64,000 nt of DNA from Luteimonas gilva (GTDB taxonomy: Bacteria; Pseudomonadota; Gammaproteobacteria; Xanthomonadales; Xanthomonadaceae), in NCBI RefSeq assembly GCF_005239095.1, contig NZ_SZUA01000001.1:909049-973048 (forward strand), given 5' to 3'. Below the pieces are notes generated by a model. The model was not told the DNA's origin, searched no databases, and saw only the letters and a list, made by a program, of their open reading frames with translations. Below, piece after piece: positions 29,966-38,220 of this stretch (position 1 is the stretch's first letter; each line of letters begins with the position of its first letter). The position numbers and the translations under genes are program-made.

Positions 29966-30334
29966 TTAGCGGCCGCTATCCGCCGGCGCCAGGCGATGGG
30001 ATTCGTCTTGGCATACCATCACCTCGCCTTCGGCGCCCGCGGCGCCGACCGCGCGAACCCGCATGCCCACGGCCAACGCTTCCATATTCACGGGCGGCGC
30101 TTTGCACAGGTTCCAGCGCGCCGGCAGTTGCACCGCCACGCGGCCGCGATCGGACGTGTCGACCTGCACGACGGCATTGCCGTCGTAGGCCCAGGGCGCG
30201 GTGTCGATGGAGGCGATGGCGCCTTCGATCGCGATTTGGCTGCCCGCCTGGAGCGAAGCCCCGCCGGTGGCGGCGCAGCCAATCGATCCGATACAGAACG
30301 CGGCGACGAAGGCCGCGCGCAAACGCTGGGACAT
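29966..30334 (-). CDS. Hypothetical lipoprotein
   Basis: MSQRLRAAFVAAFCIGSIGCAAT lipobox-like. Confidence 0.45.
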   Translation of the reverse strand: MSQRLRAAFVAAFCIGSIGCAATGGASLQAGSQIAIEGAIASIDTAPWAYDGNAVVQVDTSDRGRVAVQLPARWNLCKAPPVNMEALAVGMRVRAVGAAGAEGEVMVCQDESHRLAPADSGR

Positions 30335-30518
30335 GCGAACTCCGATAGGGGCGGCTGGCCGAGTCTAATTGGCCCTATAAATATAGTGTGCAAAACCATT
30401 GAGCGGTATGGAACCGTCGGTTTCACCCCGCCCTAACGCGCCGTTACTGCCGGCCCTATACATTCGCGACGACATGAGCCCACCGCCCTACCGATCCGCC
30501 TAGTTACGGAGAGAACGC

Positions 30519-30998
30519 ATGATCAGCAAGAACACGGTTTGCCTGTGGTACAACAACGACGCGCTCGACGCCGCGACGTTCTACGCCAAAACCTTCCCCG
30601 ACAGCGCCGTCAACGCCGTCCACCACGCGCCCGGCGACTACCCCGACGGCAAGGAAGGCGACGTCCTCACCGTCGATTTCACCGTAATGGGCATTCCCTG
30701 CATCGGCCTGAACGGCGGAACGGCGTTCAAGCAAACCGAGGCGTTCTCGTTCCAGGTGGCCACCGAAGACCAGGCCGAAACCGACCGCCTGTGGAACGCC
30801 ATCGTCGGCAACGGCGGCAAGGAAAGCGACTGTGGCTGGTGCAAGGACAAGTGGGGCGTGTCCTGGCAGATCACCCCGCGCTTGCTGATCGAATCGATGG
30901 CCGACCCGGACCGCAAGCGGGCCAAGCGCGTGTTCGATGCGATGATGAAGATGCAGAAGATCGATATCGCCACGCTCGAAGCCGCGCAGCGGGGCTGA
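30519..30998 (+). CDS. VOC family protein, PhnB-like (3-demethylubiquinone-9 3-methyltransferase domain)
   Basis: MISKNTVCLWYNNDALDAATFYAKTFPDS...DKWGVSWQI typical of PhnB-like glyoxalase-fold proteins. Confidence 0.7.
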   Translation: MISKNTVCLWYNNDALDAATFYAKTFPDSAVNAVHHAPGDYPDGKEGDVLTVDFTVMGIPCIGLNGGTAFKQTEAFSFQVATEDQAETDRLWNAIVGNGGKESDCGWCKDKWGVSWQITPRLLIESMADPDRKRAKRVFDAMMKMQKIDIATLEAAQRG

Positions 30999-31285
30999 CG
31001 CCGATGGCCGCGCCCAAGACGCCGCCCTGGAAGAAACCCAATCCGCTGAAGAAATCGGCGCGCACGCCGCTGACGCCCGCGCAGAAGCAAGAGGCCAAGC
31101 GCGCGCCGAAGCGGCCGGGCGGCGCTATCCGAACCTTATCGACAACATGGCCGTGGCCAAACGCAAACCCGGCAAGCCAGGCCCGGCGAAGCCGTAGGGC
31201 GGAACCGCCGCAGGCGATTCCGCCGATGGCGGCCGGAAAACTCAATTCACACGGCGGAATCCGCTTGGCGGATTCCGCTCGACGC

Positions 31286-32716
31286 TCACTCCGGCGCAGT
31301 TTCTTCCGATTTGTCGACGAACTTGCGCAGCAGCTTCTTGCCTTCCGGCGACTGCGCCAAGCCTTCGAGCATGCTGGCGATCGCGGTGCCGCCGTCGGCG
31401 GAGAACAAATCCATCACGCTGGAAATGCCTTTACCCGGCGTGCCGGCGTTGGAAATCACTTTGACGTCGGCGGACTTCAGCGCTTCCGCCTGGGCCATGC
31501 CGACGGCCTGCGCGGCTTCGATGTTGCGGATGCCGAGCAAGTAATTCTGGTACCCCTGATCGCTGCCGATCTTCTCGGCTAGTTTGATCTGCGCATCCAC
31601 CGGCGCCATCAGGATCGCGGTTTCGGCCTGGCCCTTCGCGTTGCCTTCGGCGGCGATGCCTTCGGCGTTGCGCTTGGCGGCTTCCAGTTTGCCTTCGGCG
31701 GTGAGCACGGTCTGCTGCTTGTCGCCTTCGGCCGACACGATCGACACCTGCTTGTTGGCCTCGGCCGACACCACCGCGACCTGCCGGTTCGCCTCGGCCT
31801 GCACGATGGCGACGTCCTTGGCCTGCGCCGCGGCGATGACGGCGGCCTCGCGGTTGATCTCCGCGCCGCGCACGGTTTTCACCTGCAGCACGTCCATGTC
31901 CTTGGCCGCGGTTTCGCGCTGCTGCACCTTCACTTGCTGCGCGGCTTGTTCGTTGGCCACGCCGACGTTCTTGTCCTTCTCGGCGGTACGCAGGCCCACC
32001 TGCTCGGCGGCCAGCTGGCGCGACATTTCGATTTCGCGCTTGGCGGCGATCTCGGCCATTTCGGCCTGGCGGGTGTTGTCGGCCACCACCAGGCGCGATT
32101 CGCGCTCTATGCCCGACGTGCGCTTGGCCATGATGTTCTGGATCACGTCGCTTTCCTTCGCGTCGCGGATATCCATCAACTCGATGTTCTTGATCGCCTC
32201 CACGCCCCACCCGCTCAGCTGCGGCTGCACTTCCTTGGTGAAGGCCTCGCCGAAGCGGCTGCGGTCGAGCATGATCTGGTCGATCTCGTGCCCGGCCAGC
32301 ACGGTGCGCACGGCGCCCTGAACGATGGCGGTCAACTGTTCCTTCAACTCGTCGAACGAGGCCACGCGCTGCGCGGCGGTGTTGGAATCGCTGATGCGGA
32401 AGAAGGCCATCACGTGGACCAGGAACGGGACGCGTTCCTTGTCGTAGGCGGCGTAGTCCGGCAGGTCGATGGCGAAGTTCGACACGGGCAAGGTGACGCG
32501 GGTCAGGCCGATCAGCGGGAAGCGCGACGGCCATTCGTAGTAGGTGTTGCTGTCGAAGCCCTTGCCGTAGGACACGGTGTTCTTGCGGGTCTGGACGATA
32601 TGGACTTCGTTGACCGGCACGACCCGGCGCAGGGCCAGGGCCCAGAAGAACATAATGGCGCCGACGATGGCGGCCGCGGCGACGATGGCGACCAGGATCA
32701 GGGACATGCCGAGCAT
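31286..32716 (-). CDS. Flotillin / SPFH (band 7) family protein, YqiK-like
   Basis: N-terminal TM segment, SPFH domain, long Ala/Gln/Glu-rich coiled coil (AAQAKDVAIVQAEANRQVAVVSAEANKQ...). Confidence 0.75.
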   Translation of the reverse strand: MLGMSLILVAIVAAAAIVGAIMFFWALALRRVVPVNEVHIVQTRKNTVSYGKGFDSNTYYEWPSRFPLIGLTRVTLPVSNFAIDLPDYAAYDKERVPFLVHVMAFFRISDSNTAAQRVASFDELKEQLTAIVQGAVRTVLAGHEIDQIMLDRSRFGEAFTKEVQPQLSGWGVEAIKNIELMDIRDAKESDVIQNIMAKRTSGIERESRLVVADNTRQAEMAEIAAKREIEMSRQLAAEQVGLRTAEKDKNVGVANEQAAQQVKVQQRETAAKDMDVLQVKTVRGAEINREAAVIAAAQAKDVAIVQAEANRQVAVVSAEANKQVSIVSAEGDKQQTVLTAEGKLEAAKRNAEGIAAEGNAKGQAETAILMAPVDAQIKLAEKIGSDQGYQNYLLGIRNIEAAQAVGMAQAEALKSADVKVISNAGTPGKGISSVMDLFSADGGTAIASMLEGLAQSPEGKKLLRKFVDKSEETAPE

Positions 32717-32938
32717 GGGACGGGTCCGGTTGGGTTGGGCAAGGAGGCGCAGTATAGGGGGGCACTCCCGGCCGGGAGCAATCGGGCGGCGGGCGCCTAA
32801 CCGTAGGGCGGAACCGCCGCAGGCGATTCCGCCGATGCCGTGTCGCAAGTTCGACCTACGAGTTCTGAGACGGCTTCTCCGGAACATTCGCAGCGGGTGA
32901 AAGGGCGTGATGTTGGGGTTTTACCCAACCTACGGGCT

Positions 32939-33790
32939 TTACCTAACAGCAGAGGACGCCTCCAATACATACAACTGATTCAACAACAAGAACTCCCTGA
33001 TGTCGTCTTCCAACCTATGCGATAGCTCCGCATGCGCCCTGCGATTTCTAAATGCGGAATAGGCACCTATAAAAAGCGAAGCCCGACCTTTCGCCTCACC
33101 CTCATCGACACCCTCCCAAAAGAGCAGCGAACCATCAACTTGAAATGCCTTTGCAAATAGCTTCGAACCAACGGCTCCAACAAGTCCGCACTTAGAAGCC
33201 AAAATTTGTTCCAATCGACGATATCCGGTCATGATTGCAGCATCCGGCTCTTTCTGAAATCTAATCGCAAGATCCATAATTCTGCTGTCAATAAGACGGA
33301 ATGGAATTAATGGCGGGAAGAACTCGTTAGCGCTCGATTTTTTCTCTATAGCGTCTGTCACATCGTATATATAGTCGTACCATCGAGTCGGCCTGATCGC
33401 TTTAGACTCTTCGATGATCTGGATGTCCTTATTAGTCATGGCGCTCCTGCCAAGGCGGTCAAGGATGCCTCTAGAAACATCGACCTCTTCTACAGCGACC
33501 CCGAATTCATGCAGAGCCAGAAGAGCAGCCGCGAGCCCCCTTGGTCCCTCGCCAGAATACCCAGAAGTAAATCCGTCCTTGATCGCTATGTAGTCGGTCT
33601 CATCCAACCGCAACAGGAAAGAATGCTGATGCCCGCAGGTCAACAAAGTAGCCCCAGTAATCCAAGCGTCGCACTGAATAAGCCTGATGATCGCAATGAC
33701 ACATGCTTGAGTAATACCAGAAAGGCCGTGATATTCGATTCCCGCCAGATCGTTCTCAGCAGTCATTTTCAGCGCCCCATAAAAGGCCAC
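32939..33790 (-). CDS. Low-GC island gene: HEPN-domain protein, Ymh/TIGR02391-like C-terminus
   Basis: C-terminal ...ASLFIGAYSAFRNRRAHAELSHRLEDDIREFLLLNQLYVLE carries an Rx4H HEPN motif. N-terminal 130-aa region unassigned. GC about 45%. GTG at 33790 or ATG at 33766. Confidence 0.5.
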   Translation of the reverse strand: MAFYGALKMTAENDLAGIEYHGLSGITQACVIAIIRLIQCDAWITGATLLTCGHQHSFLLRLDETDYIAIKDGFTSGYSGEGPRGLAAALLALHEFGVAVEEVDVSRGILDRLGRSAMTNKDIQIIEESKAIRPTRWYDYIYDVTDAIEKKSSANEFFPPLIPFRLIDSRIMDLAIRFQKEPDAAIMTGYRRLEQILASKCGLVGAVGSKLFAKAFQVDGSLLFWEGVDEGEAKGRASLFIGAYSAFRNRRAHAELSHRLEDDIREFLLLNQLYVLEASSAVR

Positions 33791-33996
33791 ATCTATCGCA
33801 CATTAACAGCGATGTCAGCTAGTGAAAAACGGGGTCAGAGACCATTACTAATAACGGTCCCTGACCCCGTTCTGCCGGGGTGAAACCCCAACGTCGCACG
33901 CTCACATCAGCGACGATCTCGACAGGAAAGCAGGGCTCCGGACATGGCGCAGCTCGTGACAGATGGTGATGTTGGGGTTTCACCCCAACCTACGAG

Positions 33997-34968
33997 CTAA
34001 ACTCTTAAGACGTCGACCCCAAGCGACAACATAGAATTCGTCTCGACATCGTCCACAAAATCCCTCCATGTACCCTGCTCAGTCCGCCTAGAACAATATG
34101 AGCATGCCATCGATATAAACGATGTCGCGACATCCCCTAGATCGATCAGAAACTGATCGATCTCAGACTGGTGACTCTCGCCGTACGATAGAAAAATAGA
34201 ATCCCGAAAACTTGCCTTACCTACATATCTTGCAGCCTCAACCAAAAAATTCACCTGCTGCGTGTCCAGATAGCGGTCGCGAAGTTCGCGCGCACGTCTA
34301 GTTCTGAAATCATGAACGCCTAAAGCAAGAAATTCAGGTGTTTCGCGCACTGTATGTTCCGCACGCTCCCGCTCGAACTTAACCGTACCGTGCAAGTACG
34401 AAACCAGCCCACCCCACGCCTCCGACGCACTAGATGGCGTTCGACTTAAATCATGTAAATTATTTTTTCGATACCGCTCGATCTCTTGCTCTGAGTCGGT
34501 TTTTACAAGCGTCGATATAAACGGCGAAAAAGGTGGAAAGATAAGATTGTGCGCAACAATATCTTCCTGCCACGCATAAGCTAACACCTCTATCCCATCT
34601 ACGCGCCGGCCACTCGCTGCTGCGACCATAGCAGCGGCAGCGGAATGGATACAGTGGTACCACGTAGAAATTGCTGGCCGACACACATCGTACCCATTCT
34701 CCGAGTTGGTTATTGTTATGAGCCCCGCCAAATGATTAAAAGCAAGAAAAACGTTCTCGAACACGGCTGTGTCTGCAGCACTATCTACTGGTCTCCGCGC
34801 AACATTGGAGTAGAAACTATGCAATGTCGCAGCCTCAAAGCTCTTATCGTCAACGAGCAGAGCGAGAGCTCTCATCCAATTCACAGTACCGTAAAATGCG
34901 AAATGTGGCGCTGGCTGGTCCAGCTCAAACAAGCGATTTAACAACCACCTTTGCGCACCTCCTCTCAT
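33997..34968 (-). CDS. Low-GC island gene: hypothetical protein (323 aa), no recognisable domain
   Basis: Strong AGGAGGAG RBS 8 nt upstream of the ATG; AT-rich codon usage unlike the host. Confidence 0.5.
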   Translation of the reverse strand: MRGGAQRWLLNRLFELDQPAPHFAFYGTVNWMRALALLVDDKSFEAATLHSFYSNVARRPVDSAADTAVFENVFLAFNHLAGLITITNSENGYDVCRPAISTWYHCIHSAAAAMVAAASGRRVDGIEVLAYAWQEDIVAHNLIFPPFSPFISTLVKTDSEQEIERYRKNNLHDLSRTPSSASEAWGGLVSYLHGTVKFERERAEHTVRETPEFLALGVHDFRTRRARELRDRYLDTQQVNFLVEAARYVGKASFRDSIFLSYGESHQSEIDQFLIDLGDVATSFISMACSYCSRRTEQGTWRDFVDDVETNSMLSLGVDVLRV

Positions 34969-34995
34969 ATCAGCTCCTCCTGCATGACCAGCACA

Positions 34996-37278
34996 TTAGC
35001 GATACCACTCAGTTAAATCTCTTATATGTTGACTGGCATCGGAGACGGACGGCTTAAAGACAATTTCCTTTTCGCTGATTGTTTGGATGTATGGCAGGAG
35101 CTCTGCAACGTCTTCCGGCAGAAACCCGTACCTCATTAATAAAACCTGCATGGCATCGTTTGTACCGAACCGCATTAGTTCGATTAACTTTAAAGCTCTA
35201 ATATCGTTACTAAATGCATAATAGATCTTGAAAGCCGCGGTAAATACGTCGTTCAATCCAAACGAAATCACCTGGTCCAGGTAATCATATGTGTCAAAGA
35301 CCACCGCGTCATAATTAACGTTTTTCGCGAGCGTCCCCTTAGGAAAAAGCGGAAATAAATTTTCTAAACTGGCGTCTGGCAATGCATTAGCTTTCTGCGC
35401 GAACATAGCTTCTCCGGCGTGACGCTGGTCGCGACGCGCAATTCGGCTGAAGCGAAGACCAACAATCTCACTAAACGATCGGCCTTGAAATGTCTGGATC
35501 ATTAGACCTATTGCCGTATGGAATATCGCCTGCTCGCCAGGCCTAAGGTGCCTATCCAACGACGCTTCGTAAATGACCCGAAGATTCTCTTCGACTTTCA
35601 AACGAGCACGCCGGTTCGAACCACCCCTCAAAGACCGCGATAATTCGTAGCCATTTGCGTAAACAATATCGAGTACCGCGCTTGCCGCGCTGCGTACTTC
35701 TAGACGTTCGAGACGCTCTGCTTTAGATTGCGGGATGTGCAATTGTTCGTCGAAAGTACCTTCACGGATCGCCTCAAGCAGTTCACTCATATCAAAGTCA
35801 GCCGGAAGCTCATCAGCATCGATCAAGGAAGCTTCAGATAGAACAAAGCTATGCTCCAACCTTTCAGCAAGCATTTGTGGATTCTTCGTGTAGACATAAC
35901 CGAAATCAAATTTCTGAGCGTCAGTTAGCCGGCCTGCTCGGCCGATTAGATTCTTGAACGCTAGTGATTTTGCAGAATCATCCTTACCTAATAACCGCGA
36001 AGTATCCAACCAAACCACATCGAATGGCATGTTGACGCCTTGCACTAATGTACTAGTTGCAAAACAGATTCGCGCATGCCCCTGGCGAACAAATTCCTCG
36101 ATTAGGAAACGAACTTCTAATGGAACAGAGCCGTGGTGAATAACAACACCCTTTCTAAGCAGCTCCACCATTTTCGAATAATGCCCACGCTGGTCCGCAC
36201 CTAAGAGATGCTCTATGGCAGAAACGATTTCGATTGCCTTTGGATGCGCGACCTCATCAAATCGATTGATAAATTCACTGAACCCTTCCAAGAAGGACTG
36301 GTTATAGATCGAATTCTTTGTTACATAAACGAGAACTGAGTGCCCCGAACTTAAAGCAAATTCTGCAAAATCCCCCTCGAACGTAAGGCAGTTTTTTAGT
36401 AGATGGCCACCCTCCTCATATGGCGAAAAGTAATAATCACTGCCGTTCGAGTGACCAAAAACGAAGACTTTCCCGACAGCGCCATAAGGATATGTTCTTG
36501 CAAAAGCACGGTTTTCTGGCAGATGGTGCTTCGAAAATTGTGCTTCTGGGTTATCGACAAATGGATGCGCAAAAACCAACTTCGCATTAGGAAATGCGCC
36601 GTTAACGCGACGAATCAGAACGTCGAACACCACACCCCGTTCCGCCTCCTCTGATATTTGGGCTTCGTCGAAGAAAAACGTCGTCACTGCAAGCTGCTCA
36701 CGCATTTCGAATAAATCTCGCGCCCGCTCCGGGGTCAGAACAAATATTCTTCGGAGTGGTCGCTGAGTAAAAACGTGATCGACAAACGGCATAATCATCA
36801 CATTCTTGTCGCTCGCAAATGCCAGTCGCATGACAGACAAATACTCGGCAATTAGCGCGCGAGACGGCACAACTACGACGGCATCACCATTCTCACTGGC
36901 AATAAAGTCGCGAATCGAATAGGACTTCCCCGCGCTTGTTGGGGCGGATATTGAAATAAATTGATTCTCGCCGAGAGCTCGCCGCACGCTTGCCTGCACT
37001 GGCGTCAATACGACCCCACTCTCTAACCGGTGCGCCTCACCCATCTGGCGGATAAGAAATGCGTAAAGACTGTTTGGCGACGCGACCTTGTAAAAGAGCC
37101 CCATTGCAGCAAGGATTTTTTCCTCCAATTGCTCAAAGGCCTCACTATGAAATACCTTATAAAGGCTGAGTGTCTCCAGAAGCCGCTGCGTATCTGGGCC
37201 ATGCGTATGAAGCCGCGCCAACAATTCCGCCAAGGTCGTGGACGGCATATTGTCGGCCATAATTTCTCTAAGCGTCAT
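34996..37278 (-). CDS. Low-GC island gene: SF2 DExx-box helicase, Hachiman HamB-like
   Basis: Walker A APTSAGKSY, motif II FFFDEAQ, motif VI-like ATSTLVQGVNMP. About 760 aa. Overlaps the upstream small gene by 11-20 nt. Confidence 0.65.
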   Translation of the reverse strand: MTLREIMADNMPSTTLAELLARLHTHGPDTQRLLETLSLYKVFHSEAFEQLEEKILAAMGLFYKVASPNSLYAFLIRQMGEAHRLESGVVLTPVQASVRRALGENQFISISAPTSAGKSYSIRDFIASENGDAVVVVPSRALIAEYLSVMRLAFASDKNVMIMPFVDHVFTQRPLRRIFVLTPERARDLFEMREQLAVTTFFFDEAQISEEAERGVVFDVLIRRVNGAFPNAKLVFAHPFVDNPEAQFSKHHLPENRAFARTYPYGAVGKVFVFGHSNGSDYYFSPYEEGGHLLKNCLTFEGDFAEFALSSGHSVLVYVTKNSIYNQSFLEGFSEFINRFDEVAHPKAIEIVSAIEHLLGADQRGHYSKMVELLRKGVVIHHGSVPLEVRFLIEEFVRQGHARICFATSTLVQGVNMPFDVVWLDTSRLLGKDDSAKSLAFKNLIGRAGRLTDAQKFDFGYVYTKNPQMLAERLEHSFVLSEASLIDADELPADFDMSELLEAIREGTFDEQLHIPQSKAERLERLEVRSAASAVLDIVYANGYELSRSLRGGSNRRARLKVEENLRVIYEASLDRHLRPGEQAIFHTAIGLMIQTFQGRSFSEIVGLRFSRIARRDQRHAGEAMFAQKANALPDASLENLFPLFPKGTLAKNVNYDAVVFDTYDYLDQVISFGLNDVFTAAFKIYYAFSNDIRALKLIELMRFGTNDAMQVLLMRYGFLPEDVAELLPYIQTISEKEIVFKPSVSDASQHIRDLTEWYR

Positions 37279-37999
37279 AGACGACACCGACCAAATAAAT
37301 CTGGCTTATTTTGTGGGTGCCGGCCAAAGCTTTGGCTTTCGTTATAGCGTTCTTGATAACAATATCCGGATTGGCAGCATTGATAGAAAATGCAGCCACA
37401 ACCCCGAAATCTTCGTTATCAAGGTTTTGTATCGCCTTTAATGGAACTAGCTTTTCAAGGTGCGTGCGATCTCTGAAATGCTTTTCTGCTTCTAGGAAAC
37501 TGGAAATCTGACTGATTGCCGCACCGTGAGGACTCTTCTGCGATGAATATTTTGCTTCGCCGAAATGGACTCGTTCAGCAGGGCAAACTGTATGAAAGTC
37601 GAAACCCTCATTCTGCTTAGCTTGTGGTTTCCACAATTCCGCCAACGGAACTTCATAGTGACTAAATACCTGATTTAGCGCCCTAGCAGCCCCCATCGAT
37701 ACCATTAGTTCGCCAAACTCTTCTTGGATGTCACTCGGCGGTATCAAGGATGCAGCTTTGAAAATATCGATTAATAGCGCCGCTGTCTCCGCTACGGTCT
37801 TTTCGTACGCGCGTCGCGCCCCCTTGTCTAGGTGCGCCATCCAGGAGGTGTCAACCACAATCTGGGTAAGTTCATGCGCGAGCTTACCTACATCGGATAC
37901 GGAAACCCTGCAGGCACGAATATTGTCGACTGCCAAGGCAGGCAATTCGCAGTGATCACATCCCCATGCAATATCGCTTATAACCCCAGTTGTACTCAT
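37268..37999 (-). CDS. Low-GC island gene: small protein with PD-(D/E)xK-like motif, candidate HamA (DUF1837-like) partner of the helicase
   Basis: GFDFHT...FGEAKYSS resembles a D...ExK nuclease core. About 244 aa from the first ATG. Position and overlap with the helicase match hamA-hamB architecture. Confidence 0.4.
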   Translation of the reverse strand: MSTTGVISDIAWGCDHCELPALAVDNIRACRVSVSDVGKLAHELTQIVVDTSWMAHLDKGARRAYEKTVAETAALLIDIFKAASLIPPSDIQEEFGELMVSMGAARALNQVFSHYEVPLAELWKPQAKQNEGFDFHTVCPAERVHFGEAKYSSQKSPHGAAISQISSFLEAEKHFRDRTHLEKLVPLKAIQNLDNEDFGVVAAFSINAANPDIVIKNAITKAKALAGTHKISQIYLVGVVYDA

Positions 38000-38220
38000 T
38001 GCGCTCCAGCCCCCCGACCAATGCCGCAATTGCCTTCGATATCCGTCGAATGCAGTGTAATTCTCTGAGATTCCGGCCGGAAGGTAGGACGAAAGGCGAA
38101 CGGATGCAAACAAGCCGCCCTGTAGGCGGCTTGAGAAAATTCTTAAAAGCAGAGTCCCGAGGTCTTGCCCTCACCCGATCCCATCTTCCGCAAGCGGATG
38201 ATGGCTTTGGACATAGCAGG

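Noticed and set aside
32888-33996. Integron-like cassette array (hairpin after each island gene as attC)
   Set aside because: The hairpins are only about 33 nt with a simple 8-bp stem and lack attC R''-L''/L'-R' organisation. No intI or attI is in the window. Kept only as a repeat observation.
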